A DNA stretch of 64,000 nucleotides from an uncultured Clostridia bacterium (GTDB lineage Bacteria > Bacillota > Clostridia > UBA1212 > UBA1255). Below are positions 7,737 through 16,845 of this stretch, in pieces. Both the position numbers and the translations under genes were made by a program. The stretch lies in NCBI GenBank assembly GCA_947625435.1, contig CANQOI010000003.1:1591-65590 (forward strand), in the 5' to 3' direction. Numbering within the stretch: the stretch's first letter is position 1; each line of letters begins with the position of its first letter. The notes beneath the pieces were generated by a model. The model saw nothing but the letters and a program-made list of their open reading frames with translations, did not search any database and was not told the origin of the DNA.

Positions 7737-10700
7737 TTACGCCTCGTACAGATCTCTCAGCTTGAGCAGATGCTCATACTTAGCCTTGGCGGCATCAGCA
7801 GCCTTGGCAAAGAGCTCCTCTGCCCTCTCCGGGAACGCCTGCTTCAGGCGGCTGTAACGCGTTTCACTCTGTATGAAGTCGATATAGCTCTCCGTAGGAG
7901 CCTTGCAATCGATCGTAAGAGGATTCTTGCCCTCAGCCTTGAGCGCAGGGTTGAAACGGAATGTCTGCCAATATCCGGCGGCAACAGCCTTCTTCATCTC
8001 GGACTGGCAGTTCGTCATGCCGCCCTTGACACCGTGCATTTCACAGGGAGCATATCCTATCACAATGGAAGGACCGTGATAAGCCTCCGCCTCCGTAAGA
8101 GCCTTTATAGTCTGGTTCATATCTGCGCCCATTGCTATCTGAGCCACATAAACGTAACCGTAGGACATGGCGATCTCGGCAAGGTTCTTCTTGCCTATGG
8201 ACTTGCCTGCCGCGGCAAACTGAGCTACCTGACCTATCTGGCTCGCCTTGGACGCCTGTCCGCCGGTATTGGAGTAAACCTCTGTATCAAATACCATCAC
8301 GTTTACATCCTCTCCCGAAGCCAGAACATGGTCGAGTCCGCCGAAGCCTATATCATATGCCCATCCGTCGCCGCCGAATATCCATACGGACTTCTTGGCA
8401 AGATATTCCTTGCTCGCAAGTATCGTCTTGCGCTCCTCACAGTCGCAGTCAAGTGTTTCGAGCTTTGCTATAAGCTTTGCGGCAGGCTCTGCATTCGCCT
8501 TGCCGTCATCCTTTGTATCAAGGAATGCGGTGCAGAGAGCCTTCACTTCATCATCGGAAGTCTTGTCGGCAATACGCTCAACACATGCTATGAGCCTGTC
8601 TCTTATGGCCTTCTGACCTAAGAATATTCCGAGTCCGTGCTCCGCATTGTCCTCAAAGAGGCTGTTGCCCCATGCCGGTCCGCGGCCTGAGTCACGGTTT
8701 ACAGTATAAGGTGTGGCAGGCGCCGAGCCGCCCCATATGGAAGAGCATCCGGTAGCATTTGAAATATACATGCGCTCGCCGAAGAGCTGTGTTATAAGTC
8801 TTGCATATGATGTCTCCGCACAGCCTGCGCAGGAGCCTGAGAATTCAAGCAGCGGCTGGTTGAACTGGCTGCCCTTTACCGAGAAATCGCTGAAGGATGT
8901 GGGCTTCTTCGTGACCGTAGCCACAGTATAATCGAATGCCGCCTGCTGATCCTTCTGAGATTCCTGAGATACCATGCGAAGAGCCTTTTCCTTGGCGGGG
9001 CACACATTTACGCACAGTCCGCATCCCATACAGTCAAGCGGGCTTATCGAAACCGTGAATGTGTATTCCTCGCAGCCCTTGCCCTTCATCTGTACCTTCT
9101 TTGTAGATGCCGGAGCACCGGCTGCCTCCTCCGCGTTCATGACGAACGGACGGATCGTGGCATGCGGGCATACGAAGGAGCACTGGTTACACTGTATACA
9201 ATTCTCGGGTATCCACTCAGGAACGTCCACGGCAACTCCGCGCTTTTCAAATGCGGCGGAGCCCTGCGGGAACGTACCGTCAGCTCTGTCCTTAAATACC
9301 GATACGGGCAGAGAATCGCCCTGCATCATGCCCACGGGCTGAAGTATCTCTTTCACAAATCTGGCAAGCTCCGGAGACTTACTGTTGACATCGCGCTCCT
9401 CTTTTACAACGGGAAGCGTCTTCCATGACTCGGGAACGTCGATCTTAACTATCGCGTCAACGCCCGCGTCTATCGCCTTATAGTTCATTTCAACTACGGC
9501 TTCGCCCTTCTTCATATATGACTTCTTGGCTGCCGCCTTCATATATTCGACCGCCGTATCTATCGGTAAAATGTTAGCGAGCGCGAAGAATGCGGACTGG
9601 AGTATAGTATTCGTCCTCTTGCCCATTCCTATCTCTCTCGCCTTGTCGATAGCATTTACTATATAGAACTTAATGTCGTTTTCCGCGATATATCTCTTGA
9701 CCTCTGCCGGCAGGTGCTTTTCAAGCTCCTCCGGAGTCCACTGACAGTTAAGGAGGAACGTACCGCCCGGCTTAACATCATTTACTATCTTATATCCCTT
9801 GAGCATGTATGACGGATTGTGGCATGCAACGAAGTCGGCCTTTGTTATATAGTACGACGACTTTATGGGCTTATCTCCGAAGCGCAGGTGCGATATAGTA
9901 ACGCCGCCCGTCTTCTTTGAGTCATACTGGAAGTATGCCTGTATGAATTTGTCCGTATGGTCGCCTATTATCTTTATCGAATTCTTGTTCGCGCCCACCG
10001 TTCCGTCTCCGCCGAGACCCCAGAACTTGCAGCTTATTGTGCCTGCGGGAGCCGTATCCGGAGCGGGCTTCTCCGCAAGGGAGTGATGCGTGACATCGTC
10101 CACTATTCCTATGGTGAAATTTCCCTTAGGCTCGTCGGCCTTGAGATTCTCATATACGGCAAATATGCTCGGCGGAGGCGTATCCTTGGAGCCGAGTCCG
10201 TAGCGTCCGCCTACTACCTTGGCATTTACGCCCTTGGAAGCAAGAGCGGCGGCAACATCGAGATAAAGAGGCTCGCCCAAGGAGCCGGGCTCCTTCGTCC
10301 TGTCGAGCACTGCTATCTTCTTAGCTGTTGAAGGTATAGCCTCTATGAGCTTCTCTGCGCTGAAGGGTCTGTAAAGTCTTACCTTAACAAGACCTACCTT
10401 CTCGCCGCGGGCATTCATATAATCTATTACTTCCTCAGCCACATCGCAAATAGAGCCCATGGCAACTATGACCCTGTCGGCATCGGGAGCGCCGTAATAG
10501 TTGAACAGCTTATAATTCGTTCCTATCCTGGCATTTACCTGATTCATATAATCCTCGACCACAGCGGGAAGTGCCTCATAATAGCTGTTGCACGCCTCTC
10601 TGTGCTGGAAGAATATATCTCCGTTCTCTGCGCTGCCTCTTAATACAGGATGCTCGGGATTGAGAGCTCTCTTTCTGAACTCCGCAAGAGCGTCCCTGTC

Positions 10701-11285
10701 TATCATGGAAGCAAGCTCGTCGTAATCCCATGCTTCTATCTTCTGTATCTCATGAGATGTGCGGAATCCGTCGAAGAAATTGATAAAAGGAACTCTGCCC
10801 TTTATCGCGGACAGATGCGCAACGGCGCCCAGATCCATGACCTCCTGAGGATTCGTGCATGCCAGCATCGCAAAGCCTGTCTGACGGCACGCATATATAT
10901 CGGAATGATCTCCGAAAATGTTGAGTGCGTGAGACGCAACGCATCTTGCGGAAACGTGTATAACGCAGGGAAGCAGCTCGCCCGCTATTTTATACATGTT
11001 AGGTATCATAAGAAGCAGTCCCTGGGATGCGGTATATGTCGTTGTAAGAGCGCCCGCCGCAAGGCTTCCGTGAACGGTGCCGGCGGCGCCTGCCTCTGAC
11101 TGCATTTCAATTACTTTAACTTTATCTCCGAAAATATTCTTAAGACCCGTAGCCGACCATGAGTCCGTCAGCTCAGCCATAACACTGGACGGCGTTATAG
11201 GATAAATACTCGCGACCTCTGTAAAAGCATAGCTCACATGAGCGGCGGCTGTATTTCCGTCCATTGATATCTTCTTTCTGGACAT
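7737..11285 (-). CDS. nifJ: pyruvate:ferredoxin (flavodoxin) oxidoreductase
   Basis: 1182-aa protein. MDGNTAAAHVSYAFTEVASIYPITPSS at the N-terminus, two 4Fe-4S CxxCxxCxxxCP motifs, and a GGDGWAYDIGFGG TPP motif. Confidence 0.97.
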   Translation of the reverse strand: MSRKKISMDGNTAAAHVSYAFTEVASIYPITPSSVMAELTDSWSATGLKNIFGDKVKVIEMQSEAGAAGTVHGSLAAGALTTTYTASQGLLLMIPNMYKIAGELLPCVIHVSARCVASHALNIFGDHSDIYACRQTGFAMLACTNPQEVMDLGAVAHLSAIKGRVPFINFFDGFRTSHEIQKIEAWDYDELASMIDRDALAEFRKRALNPEHPVLRGSAENGDIFFQHREACNSYYEALPAVVEDYMNQVNARIGTNYKLFNYYGAPDADRVIVAMGSICDVAEEVIDYMNARGEKVGLVKVRLYRPFSAEKLIEAIPSTAKKIAVLDRTKEPGSLGEPLYLDVAAALASKGVNAKVVGGRYGLGSKDTPPPSIFAVYENLKADEPKGNFTIGIVDDVTHHSLAEKPAPDTAPAGTISCKFWGLGGDGTVGANKNSIKIIGDHTDKFIQAYFQYDSKKTGGVTISHLRFGDKPIKSSYYITKADFVACHNPSYMLKGYKIVNDVKPGGTFLLNCQWTPEELEKHLPAEVKRYIAENDIKFYIVNAIDKAREIGMGKRTNTILQSAFFALANILPIDTAVEYMKAAAKKSYMKKGEAVVEMNYKAIDAGVDAIVKIDVPESWKTLPVVKEERDVNSKSPELARFVKEILQPVGMMQGDSLPVSVFKDRADGTFPQGSAAFEKRGVAVDVPEWIPENCIQCNQCSFVCPHATIRPFVMNAEEAAGAPASTKKVQMKGKGCEEYTFTVSISPLDCMGCGLCVNVCPAKEKALRMVSQESQKDQQAAFDYTVATVTKKPTSFSDFSVKGSQFNQPLLEFSGSCAGCAETSYARLITQLFGERMYISNATGCSSIWGGSAPATPYTVNRDSGRGPAWGNSLFEDNAEHGLGIFLGQKAIRDRLIACVERIADKTSDDEVKALCTAFLDTKDDGKANAEPAAKLIAKLETLDCDCEERKTILASKEYLAKKSVWIFGGDGWAYDIGFGGLDHVLASGEDVNVMVFDTEVYSNTGGQASKASQIGQVAQFAAAGKSIGKKNLAEIAMSYGYVYVAQIAMGADMNQTIKALTEAEAYHGPSIVIGYAPCEMHGVKGGMTNCQSEMKKAVAAGYWQTFRFNPALKAEGKNPLTIDCKAPTESYIDFIQSETRYSRLKQAFPERAEELFAKAADAAKAKYEHLLKLRDLYEA

Positions 11286-11322
11286 AATTACTCCTCCTTT
11301 GTTTATGAGAGTTAAAACGGTA

Positions 11323-12252
11323 TCACGCTCTTGCCTTTATTATCTTCTCGGCTATCGCCTCGGCCGTAAGGCCGTATTTCTCAAGCAGAGCGGCCGGAGT
11401 ACCGGATTTTCCGAATTTTTCCTCAACACCTATCATTTTAACCTTGCAGGGGTAGTTCTCGGAAAGAGCTTCGCATACGGCTCCGCCGAGTCCGCCTGTT
11501 ATATTATGCTCCTCAACCGTTACTATAAAGCCTGTTTCCTTCGCTGCCTTAACGAGTATATCCTTGTCTATGGGCTTTATCGTATGCATATCTATAACTC
11601 TTGCGTTTATTCCCTTTGAAGCGAGTATATCGGCCGCCTTGAGGGATTCCTGAACCATGAGTCCGGTGGCGACTATCGTAAGATCGTTTCCTTCTCTTAT
11701 CTCCACGCCCTTGCCTATCTCAAATTTGAATGTTGCGGGATCGTGGACTGCCTCAACGGCGAGTCTTCCCAGTCTCACATATACCGGTCCGTCATGATCT
11801 ATCGCGGCTTTGATCGCCTGATTGGTCTCCGCTTCATCGCAGGGGCTTAAAACTACCATGTTGGGAAGCGCTCTCATTATGGCAAGATCCTCGAGGCACT
11901 GATGCGAAGCTCCGTCCTCGCCTACGGTAAGTCCCGCATGCGTAGCGCATACCTTTACGTTAAGCTTCGGATAGCATATCGAGTTTCTTATCTGCTCGCA
12001 TGCACGCTCCGATGCGAAAATAGCAAATGTGCTGGCAAATACTATCTTACCTGTCGTTGCCAGTCCCGCTGCCACGCACATCATGTCGGCTTCGGCTATA
12101 CCCATGTTGAAATGTCTCTCCGGATATACCTTCTTGAATGTATCCGTCTTTGTGGACTTTGATAAGTCGGCATCGAGAACCACTATTCTCTCATCTGCGC
12201 CGTACTGCGCCAAAGCCGCTCCGTAAGCTTCTCTTGTTGCTACTTTACCCAT
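11323..12252 (-). CDS. tkt: transketolase, C-terminal (pyrimidine-binding) subunit
   Basis: ATREAYGAALAQYG...FNMGIAEADMM...THAGLTVGEDGASHQ is the split-transketolase subunit B pattern. Confidence 0.92.
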   Translation of the reverse strand: MGKVATREAYGAALAQYGADERIVVLDADLSKSTKTDTFKKVYPERHFNMGIAEADMMCVAAGLATTGKIVFASTFAIFASERACEQIRNSICYPKLNVKVCATHAGLTVGEDGASHQCLEDLAIMRALPNMVVLSPCDEAETNQAIKAAIDHDGPVYVRLGRLAVEAVHDPATFKFEIGKGVEIREGNDLTIVATGLMVQESLKAADILASKGINARVIDMHTIKPIDKDILVKAAKETGFIVTVEEHNITGGLGGAVCEALSENYPCKVKMIGVEEKFGKSGTPAALLEKYGLTAEAIAEKIIKARA

Positions 12253-12257
12253 TTATT

Positions 12258-13118
12258 TCAAGCCTCCTCTGCTATTTCCTTATCTATTTCGGCCATAAGA
12301 GCGTCCAGCTCCGCTATAGCCTGATCGCGCTGCTCCTGATTGGGAGCCGTTCCGTGCCATGCGTAATTGTTTTCCATGAATGAAACGCCCTTGCCCTTTG
12401 TGCACTTGCACACTACCATTGTGGGTTTTCCCTTAACTGTCTTGGCCGTCTCTATGGCGTCCTTTATCTGCTTGTGATCGTGTCCGTCGACAGTTATCAC
12501 ATTCCATCCGAATGCGGCAAATTTATCCGCTATGGGCTCAGGGTTCATTACGTCCGTTATGTTTCCGTCTATCTGGAGTCCGTTATAGTCAACAAAAGCC
12601 GTTAAGTTGTCGAGCTTATAGTGAGCCGCAGCCATGGCCGCTTCCCATACCTGACCTTCTTCAAGCTCTCCGTCTCCCAGTATGGAATAAACTCTGTAAT
12701 CCTTCTTATCTATTTTACCGGCAAGAGCCATGCCTACCGATGTGGATATTCCCTGTCCGAGAGAACCTGTCGACATATCTACGCCCGGCACGTACGTCAT
12801 GCTCGGATGTCCCTCGAGATAGCTGTCGGCTTTACGGAATGTGTAAAGATCCTTCTCCGGGAAAAAGCCCTTGACCGCCAGTGTCGCGTAAAGCGCAGGC
12901 GCGCAGTGTCCCTTTGAAAGCACGAATCTGTCTCTGTTCGGATCCTTCGGGTTCTTGGGATCTACTCTCATCTCGTCGAAATAGAGAACCGTGAAAATAT
13001 CTGTGCACGACAGCGATCCGCCCGGATGCCCTGATTTTGCGGAAAATACTTCTTCAATGATGTATTTTCTGATCTGCGTAGCTTTCTTTCGTAAATCAAG
13101 CTCTTTGCGCTTGTCCAT
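12258..13118 (-). CDS. tkt: transketolase, N-terminal (TPP-binding) subunit
   Basis: SGHPGGSLSCTDIF...LSKGHCAPALYA...GDGELEEGQVWEA is the split-transketolase subunit A pattern. Confidence 0.92.
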   Translation of the reverse strand: MDKRKELDLRKKATQIRKYIIEEVFSAKSGHPGGSLSCTDIFTVLYFDEMRVDPKNPKDPNRDRFVLSKGHCAPALYATLAVKGFFPEKDLYTFRKADSYLEGHPSMTYVPGVDMSTGSLGQGISTSVGMALAGKIDKKDYRVYSILGDGELEEGQVWEAAMAAAHYKLDNLTAFVDYNGLQIDGNITDVMNPEPIADKFAAFGWNVITVDGHDHKQIKDAIETAKTVKGKPTMVVCKCTKGKGVSFMENNYAWHGTAPNQEQRDQAIAELDALMAEIDKEIAEEA

Positions 13119-13193
13119 AATTTAATCTCCTCCATATTTAAAATTTAACTCTTTATATATTGAGAGCTGCCGGAGTAAAATCCTCCCGCAGCT

Positions 13194-13634
13194 TCAATTT
13201 CTGTTTTCTATGGCTGTTATAGTATCAAGCCTCGCCTGATGTCTGCCACCCTCGTATTCCGCGTCGAACCACGCGTCAACTATCATCTTTGCAAGCTCCG
13301 TGCCCACTACGCGCGCTCCGAAGCAAAGTATGTTGGAATTGTTGTGAACCTTGGACATTTTAGCCGAAAAGGGTTCAGAGCAGCATGCCGCTCTTATTCC
13401 GTGCACTTTATTGGCGGCTATCGATATGCCTATGCCCGTCCCGCATATGAGTATTCCTCTCTCGCATTCACCCGAAGCGACGGCATTCGCAACCTCTTCC
13501 GCTTTCTCGGCATAATTGCTCGCTGTCGTGGACTCTGTACCGAAATCCCTGACCTCTACGCCCTTCGACTCGAGATGTGCTTTGATCACTTCTTTGAGCG
13601 CGACTGCGGTATGATCATTTCCGATCGCATACAT
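13194..13634 (-). CDS. rpiB: ribose-5-phosphate isomerase B
   Basis: MYAIGNDHTAVALKEVIKAHL...ILICGTGIGISIAANKVHGIRAA. Start moved to ATG 13634, behind AGGAGGCAGG. Confidence 0.9.
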   Translation of the reverse strand: MYAIGNDHTAVALKEVIKAHLESKGVEVRDFGTESTTASNYAEKAEEVANAVASGECERGILICGTGIGISIAANKVHGIRAACCSEPFSAKMSKVHNNSNILCFGARVVGTELAKMIVDAWFDAEYEGGRHQARLDTITAIENRN

Positions 13635-13716
13635 GTTTATCCTGCCTCCTGTTGTATAATATCGTAAAATATAAGCGGTTATCTCATATCTAACGCGCCG
13701 TATTTCCCATTTGCTT

Positions 13717-13745
13717 ATTATACACTCCCGGCAAGTAAAATTCAA
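13717..13745 (-). promoter_or_regulatory. sigma-A type promoter of the rpiB-tkt operon
   Basis: Minus strand reads TTGAAT (13745-13740), 17-nt spacer, TATAAT (13722-13717). Confidence 0.55.
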
Positions 13746-13829
13746 CATAAATACCGCCGCCCGCGGCGCCGCATGTGCCGCGGAGCCGGTATGCGCCTTG
13801 CCTCTGTTACAGTTCCAAAGAATTTTCGT

Positions 13830-14054
13830 CTAACAGAAATTCATACAGACCAAGATGCAGAATGCCTTCATCATCTGTCCAAGGCTTTGCGGGTGTTTTA
13901 GTGATGATGATCTTTTTGAGTCCTTGTTGATCACAAAGTCAATCTCACATTGTTTTTTTGATCGTTTGCCCTCGCGGCTTTCTGAAATTTCAACAACCCC
14001 TACATCGACGGAATACTCGCGACATAAAAGTTCATTGTATATGATGTTCTCCAT
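13830..14054 (-). pseudogene. remnant of the C-terminal part of a DUF4143-type AAA ATPase
   Basis: MENIIYNELLCREYSVDVGVVEI...QCEIDFVINKDSKR resembles the C-terminal third of the roughly 400-aa ATPases. A different frame near 13830-13880 still reads DDEGILHLGLYEFLL. The ATPase domain is absent. Confidence 0.55.
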
Positions 14055-14130
14055 GATATGAAGCCTCCTTATACCGATAACTTACGGGTAATTACATATC
14101 ATATACATCGGCATTTCTTCATATTATGTT

Positions 14131-15114
14131 ATGAACAACAATAATAAGGCCGTGTATATAATGATGAGAGAAGGTTATTTTTATTTTATTCCCGCTGCGG
14201 GAGAAAACAGAGAGGAAAATAAAGCTCTCGGATATATTTCAATATCGAAAGCGCCCGGCAGATCGGCATATTCAGTTCAATGCAGCCTGAACAGGAATCT
14301 GCTCAAGCCTCGCGGCGTTCCGGAAATATATTTCAGTCCTGCGCCGCATGCCGATTCGCAGTCGATATCAATAGGCAAAGTACGCGCCGTTTCAGGCACA
14401 TCGCGTCTGTTTATAGATTCATACATTTCATATGACGCCGCGGAAGATCTTGACAGCGATATATATGCGGTCGTTTCATGCTCGGGCAGGACTCTATGCT
14501 ACAGCATGATAAATAAAAAAAGTGTTGAGACCGGCCCGGATCCATATGAAGCCCCGATTTCCGCAGCTAAACAAACGAATCCGCACAACGATCTCGGAGG
14601 CAGAGCTTTCGATCCGTTCGGCACAACCAATGACATGTATAAATGGTATATATACGATATTTTCGGCAATAATACGGTCAATAATGTCGATTCTGTCAAA
14701 AATATGCAGCAGATAGATAAGCTTTTCAAACATTATAATATAAATTACAGTGTTTTTGCCCGTCTGAGTGAAGGTATCGAGAACTCCGCATTCCTTAAAA
14801 TGGCGCATTCATCCGTGCAGATTGCCCTGCATCTGTTGAGAGGCGAATACTCGGATGCGCAGACAGGCAGACGATTTACGATCATAGGACTGCCGGGCTG
14901 GAATCCGACATACGGCAGATCTGTAAAACAGCGTGTAAGGCAGCCGCAGATACATCACAGTATATCAGGCGCGTCGGCCATACGCGGATGCTCCAGATGG
15001 ATGTCTGCCGTAAACAGGCCGCGTTTTGCTTATAACAGTAGCTACAACGGCTATTGGCTTTATTACTTCGACTCCGAAAGCGGTCTTCCCGTGAAAGCTG
15101 TTATGAAGGAATGA
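14131..15114 (+). CDS. conserved-looking hypothetical protein (327 aa), function unknown
   Basis: No catalytic motif recognised. The ends (GYISISKAPGRSAYSVQCSL; FTIIGLPGW...NGYWLYYFDSESG) recall an uncharacterised Clostridia-only family (from memory, unverified). Start is uncertain (M1 or M11/M12). Confidence 0.5.
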   Translation: MNNNNKAVYIMMREGYFYFIPAAGENREENKALGYISISKAPGRSAYSVQCSLNRNLLKPRGVPEIYFSPAPHADSQSISIGKVRAVSGTSRLFIDSYISYDAAEDLDSDIYAVVSCSGRTLCYSMINKKSVETGPDPYEAPISAAKQTNPHNDLGGRAFDPFGTTNDMYKWYIYDIFGNNTVNNVDSVKNMQQIDKLFKHYNINYSVFARLSEGIENSAFLKMAHSSVQIALHLLRGEYSDAQTGRRFTIIGLPGWNPTYGRSVKQRVRQPQIHHSISGASAIRGCSRWMSAVNRPRFAYNSSYNGYWLYYFDSESGLPVKAVMKE

Positions 15115-15117
15115 TCT

Positions 15118-15615
15118 CTACGAGCATATCAGGCCGGCAGCGACCGCCGATACTAAATTTGCCGTGAGCGCAGCCGGCAGAACCCCCGGCATTTTACGTA
15201 TGCCGGAGCTTCCCGCATACACAGTCATAGTGTAAAATATCGTTTCAGTCGAGCCCATCATGACACATGCCGCCCGCGCCGCCGGTGAGTCCGCGCCGCA
15301 TTTTACGATTATATCTCTCAGCGTGGCAAGCGAAGCGCTTCCCGATACGGGTCTTATCATTATAAGCGGTAAAATATCGGCGCTCGCCCCTATTTTCTCC
15401 ATTATCGGTCTGAAAAGCTCCACTATTATGTCAAGTGCGCCCGACGCTCTGAAAACGCCGATCGCTACTATGAGCCCTATCAGCGACGGTACCAGACGCA
15501 CTATCGTCATTGCTCCGTTTTGAGCGCCTTTTACAAAACTGTCAAAGCACGGCACACCCTTTATAAATCCCACTGTGATTATGATCAGTAAAAATACCGG
15601 TATGATATATATCAT
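15118..15615 (-). CDS. spmB: spore maturation protein B
   Basis: MIYIIPVFLLIIITVGFIKGV...IMIRPVSGSASLA. The ATG at 15615 shares one nt with the spmA stop (TAATG). Confidence 0.85.
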   Translation of the reverse strand: MIYIIPVFLLIIITVGFIKGVPCFDSFVKGAQNGAMTIVRLVPSLIGLIVAIGVFRASGALDIIVELFRPIMEKIGASADILPLIMIRPVSGSASLATLRDIIVKCGADSPAARAACVMMGSTETIFYTMTVYAGSSGIRKMPGVLPAALTANLVSAVAAGLICS

Positions 15616-16217
15616 TATTGTCCTTCCTTTGCCTTTCGTTTCATTCTGACTGCGCGCATGCAGTAATATGCTCTTCTGTATACGCTGTATATTATAAGTG
15701 CGGACAAAAGCGATATGCCCGATACTATCCATGTGGGTACAAGTATGTCCGACGGATCCGAAGCTCCCAGTTCCGAGCGCATTGCTATCACTGTTGAGGG
15801 TATGAGCTGTATTCCGGCTGAGTTTATGACAAGGAACAGACATATATCCTTTATACTGTTATTCATTTCACGTACAGCCTCTATACCGGACGGCGTGGCT
15901 CCGTTTCCGAGGCCGAGAAAGTTAGCTGATATGTTGGTTATTATCGCCGATTGTGCTTTTTCGTTATTTTTTGTGCCCGGAAACAGCTTTGTTATAACGG
16001 GCTTTAATATTTTAGATGTGACTTTAAGTACTCCCGCGTCTTCCAATATCTGTATCAGACCGCACCAGAGTGCCACTGCTCCTATAAGCCCGAAAGCGAA
16101 TTTGACGGCCTCATCGGCGGAAGTCATGATACTCGCCGCGACCGAATGTATGCGCCCGGTAAAAATACCTGTTATCAATCCTGCTATAAGCAGTGCTGCC
16201 CATATGATATTAAGCAT
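15615..16217 (-). CDS. spmA: spore maturation protein A
   Basis: MLNIIWAALLIAGLITGIFTG...ISANFLGLGNGATP. Start moved to ATG 16217, behind GGAGGAGG. Confidence 0.85.
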   Translation of the reverse strand: MLNIIWAALLIAGLITGIFTGRIHSVAASIMTSADEAVKFAFGLIGAVALWCGLIQILEDAGVLKVTSKILKPVITKLFPGTKNNEKAQSAIITNISANFLGLGNGATPSGIEAVREMNNSIKDICLFLVINSAGIQLIPSTVIAMRSELGASDPSDILVPTWIVSGISLLSALIIYSVYRRAYYCMRAVRMKRKAKEGQ

Positions 16218-16309
16218 GATGCATCCTCCTCCGTACGTATCTGTAAAATTATATGAAGTTGTACCTTGCAGTATGTTCATGCATTTGTCGGGAAATATTT
16301 CCCAAACAT

Positions 16310-16338
16310 TTGACATATCTACATTTTTTATGTATTAT
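16310..16338 (+). promoter_or_regulatory. sigma-A type promoter of abrB
   Basis: TTGACA (16310-16315), 17-nt spacer, TATTAT (16333-16338), with TG directly upstream. Confidence 0.6.
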
Positions 16339-16387
16339 ATATTCGCATTCAATCGAATGATACTTATATATAAAGGAGATAATACGT

Positions 16388-16645
16388 ATGAGATCTACAG
16401 GAATAGTTAGAAAGGTCGACGAATTAGGAAGAATCGTACTTCCGATAGAACTTAGAAGAGTTTTGAATATTTCATACAAAGATTCTCTTGAAATATTCAC
16501 TGACAACAACATGGTAATTCTGAGAAAATATGAACCGTGCTGCATTTTCTGCGGCAGCGCAACGAACGTCGTTACATATAAAGGCAAAAACATATGCCCC
16601 GAATGCATATCCCGTATGCATGATGACATAAAGATCGCTCAATAG
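16388..16645 (+). CDS. abrB: AbrB-family transition-state regulator with a C-terminal Cys4 element
   Basis: MRSTGIVRKVDELGRIVLPIELRRVLNI is a SpoVT/AbrB swapped-hairpin domain. The C-terminus reads CCIFCG...CPEC. Confidence 0.9.
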   Translation: MRSTGIVRKVDELGRIVLPIELRRVLNISYKDSLEIFTDNNMVILRKYEPCCIFCGSATNVVTYKGKNICPECISRMHDDIKIAQ

Positions 16646-16693
16646 TATGTCACACATGCATATATATTAATCTTCCTCGCTTTAGTTAAGTTT

Positions 16694-16722
16694 AATGCCG
16701 CTTTACTGTCCAAAGCGGCATT
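16694..16722 (+). terminator. terminator after abrB
   Basis: aatgccgcttt / actgtcc / aaagcggcatt (11-bp stem), then aaacattttt. Confidence 0.6.
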
Positions 16723-16755
16723 AAACATTTTTCTATCATTGTGAATCATAAATGT

Positions 16756-16814
16756 AAAACAAAACCGCCGCATTTCAAAGCCATACTGTTACATACAGCA
16801 TCTGAAATGCAGCG
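16756..16814 (-). terminator. rho-independent terminator after tuf
   Basis: Minus strand reads ccgctgcatttca...tgaaatgcggcgg, followed by ttttgttt. Confidence 0.65.
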
Positions 16815-16845
16815 GGATTTATTCAGGTCTTATACGATTCCTGTA

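Noticed and set aside
7719-8621. 300-aa plus-strand ORF; similar long antisense ORFs at 15715-16410, 19351-20274, 23630-24577, 27242-28216, 34731-35453, 35730-36542, 41457-42242, 42394-43260 and 55227-56033
   Set aside because: All lie opposite highly conserved genes (nifJ, spmA, fusA, rpoC, rpoB, glnS, gltX, nnrD, ecfT, rplX/rplN). They show the biased low-complexity composition typical of antisense frames of genes in GC-moderate genomes. I saw no SD sequences.
13635-13748. 38-codon N-terminal extension of rpiB in the ORF track
   Set aside because: It overlaps the predicted promoter/leader. The canonical RpiB start MYAIGNDH has a strong SD.
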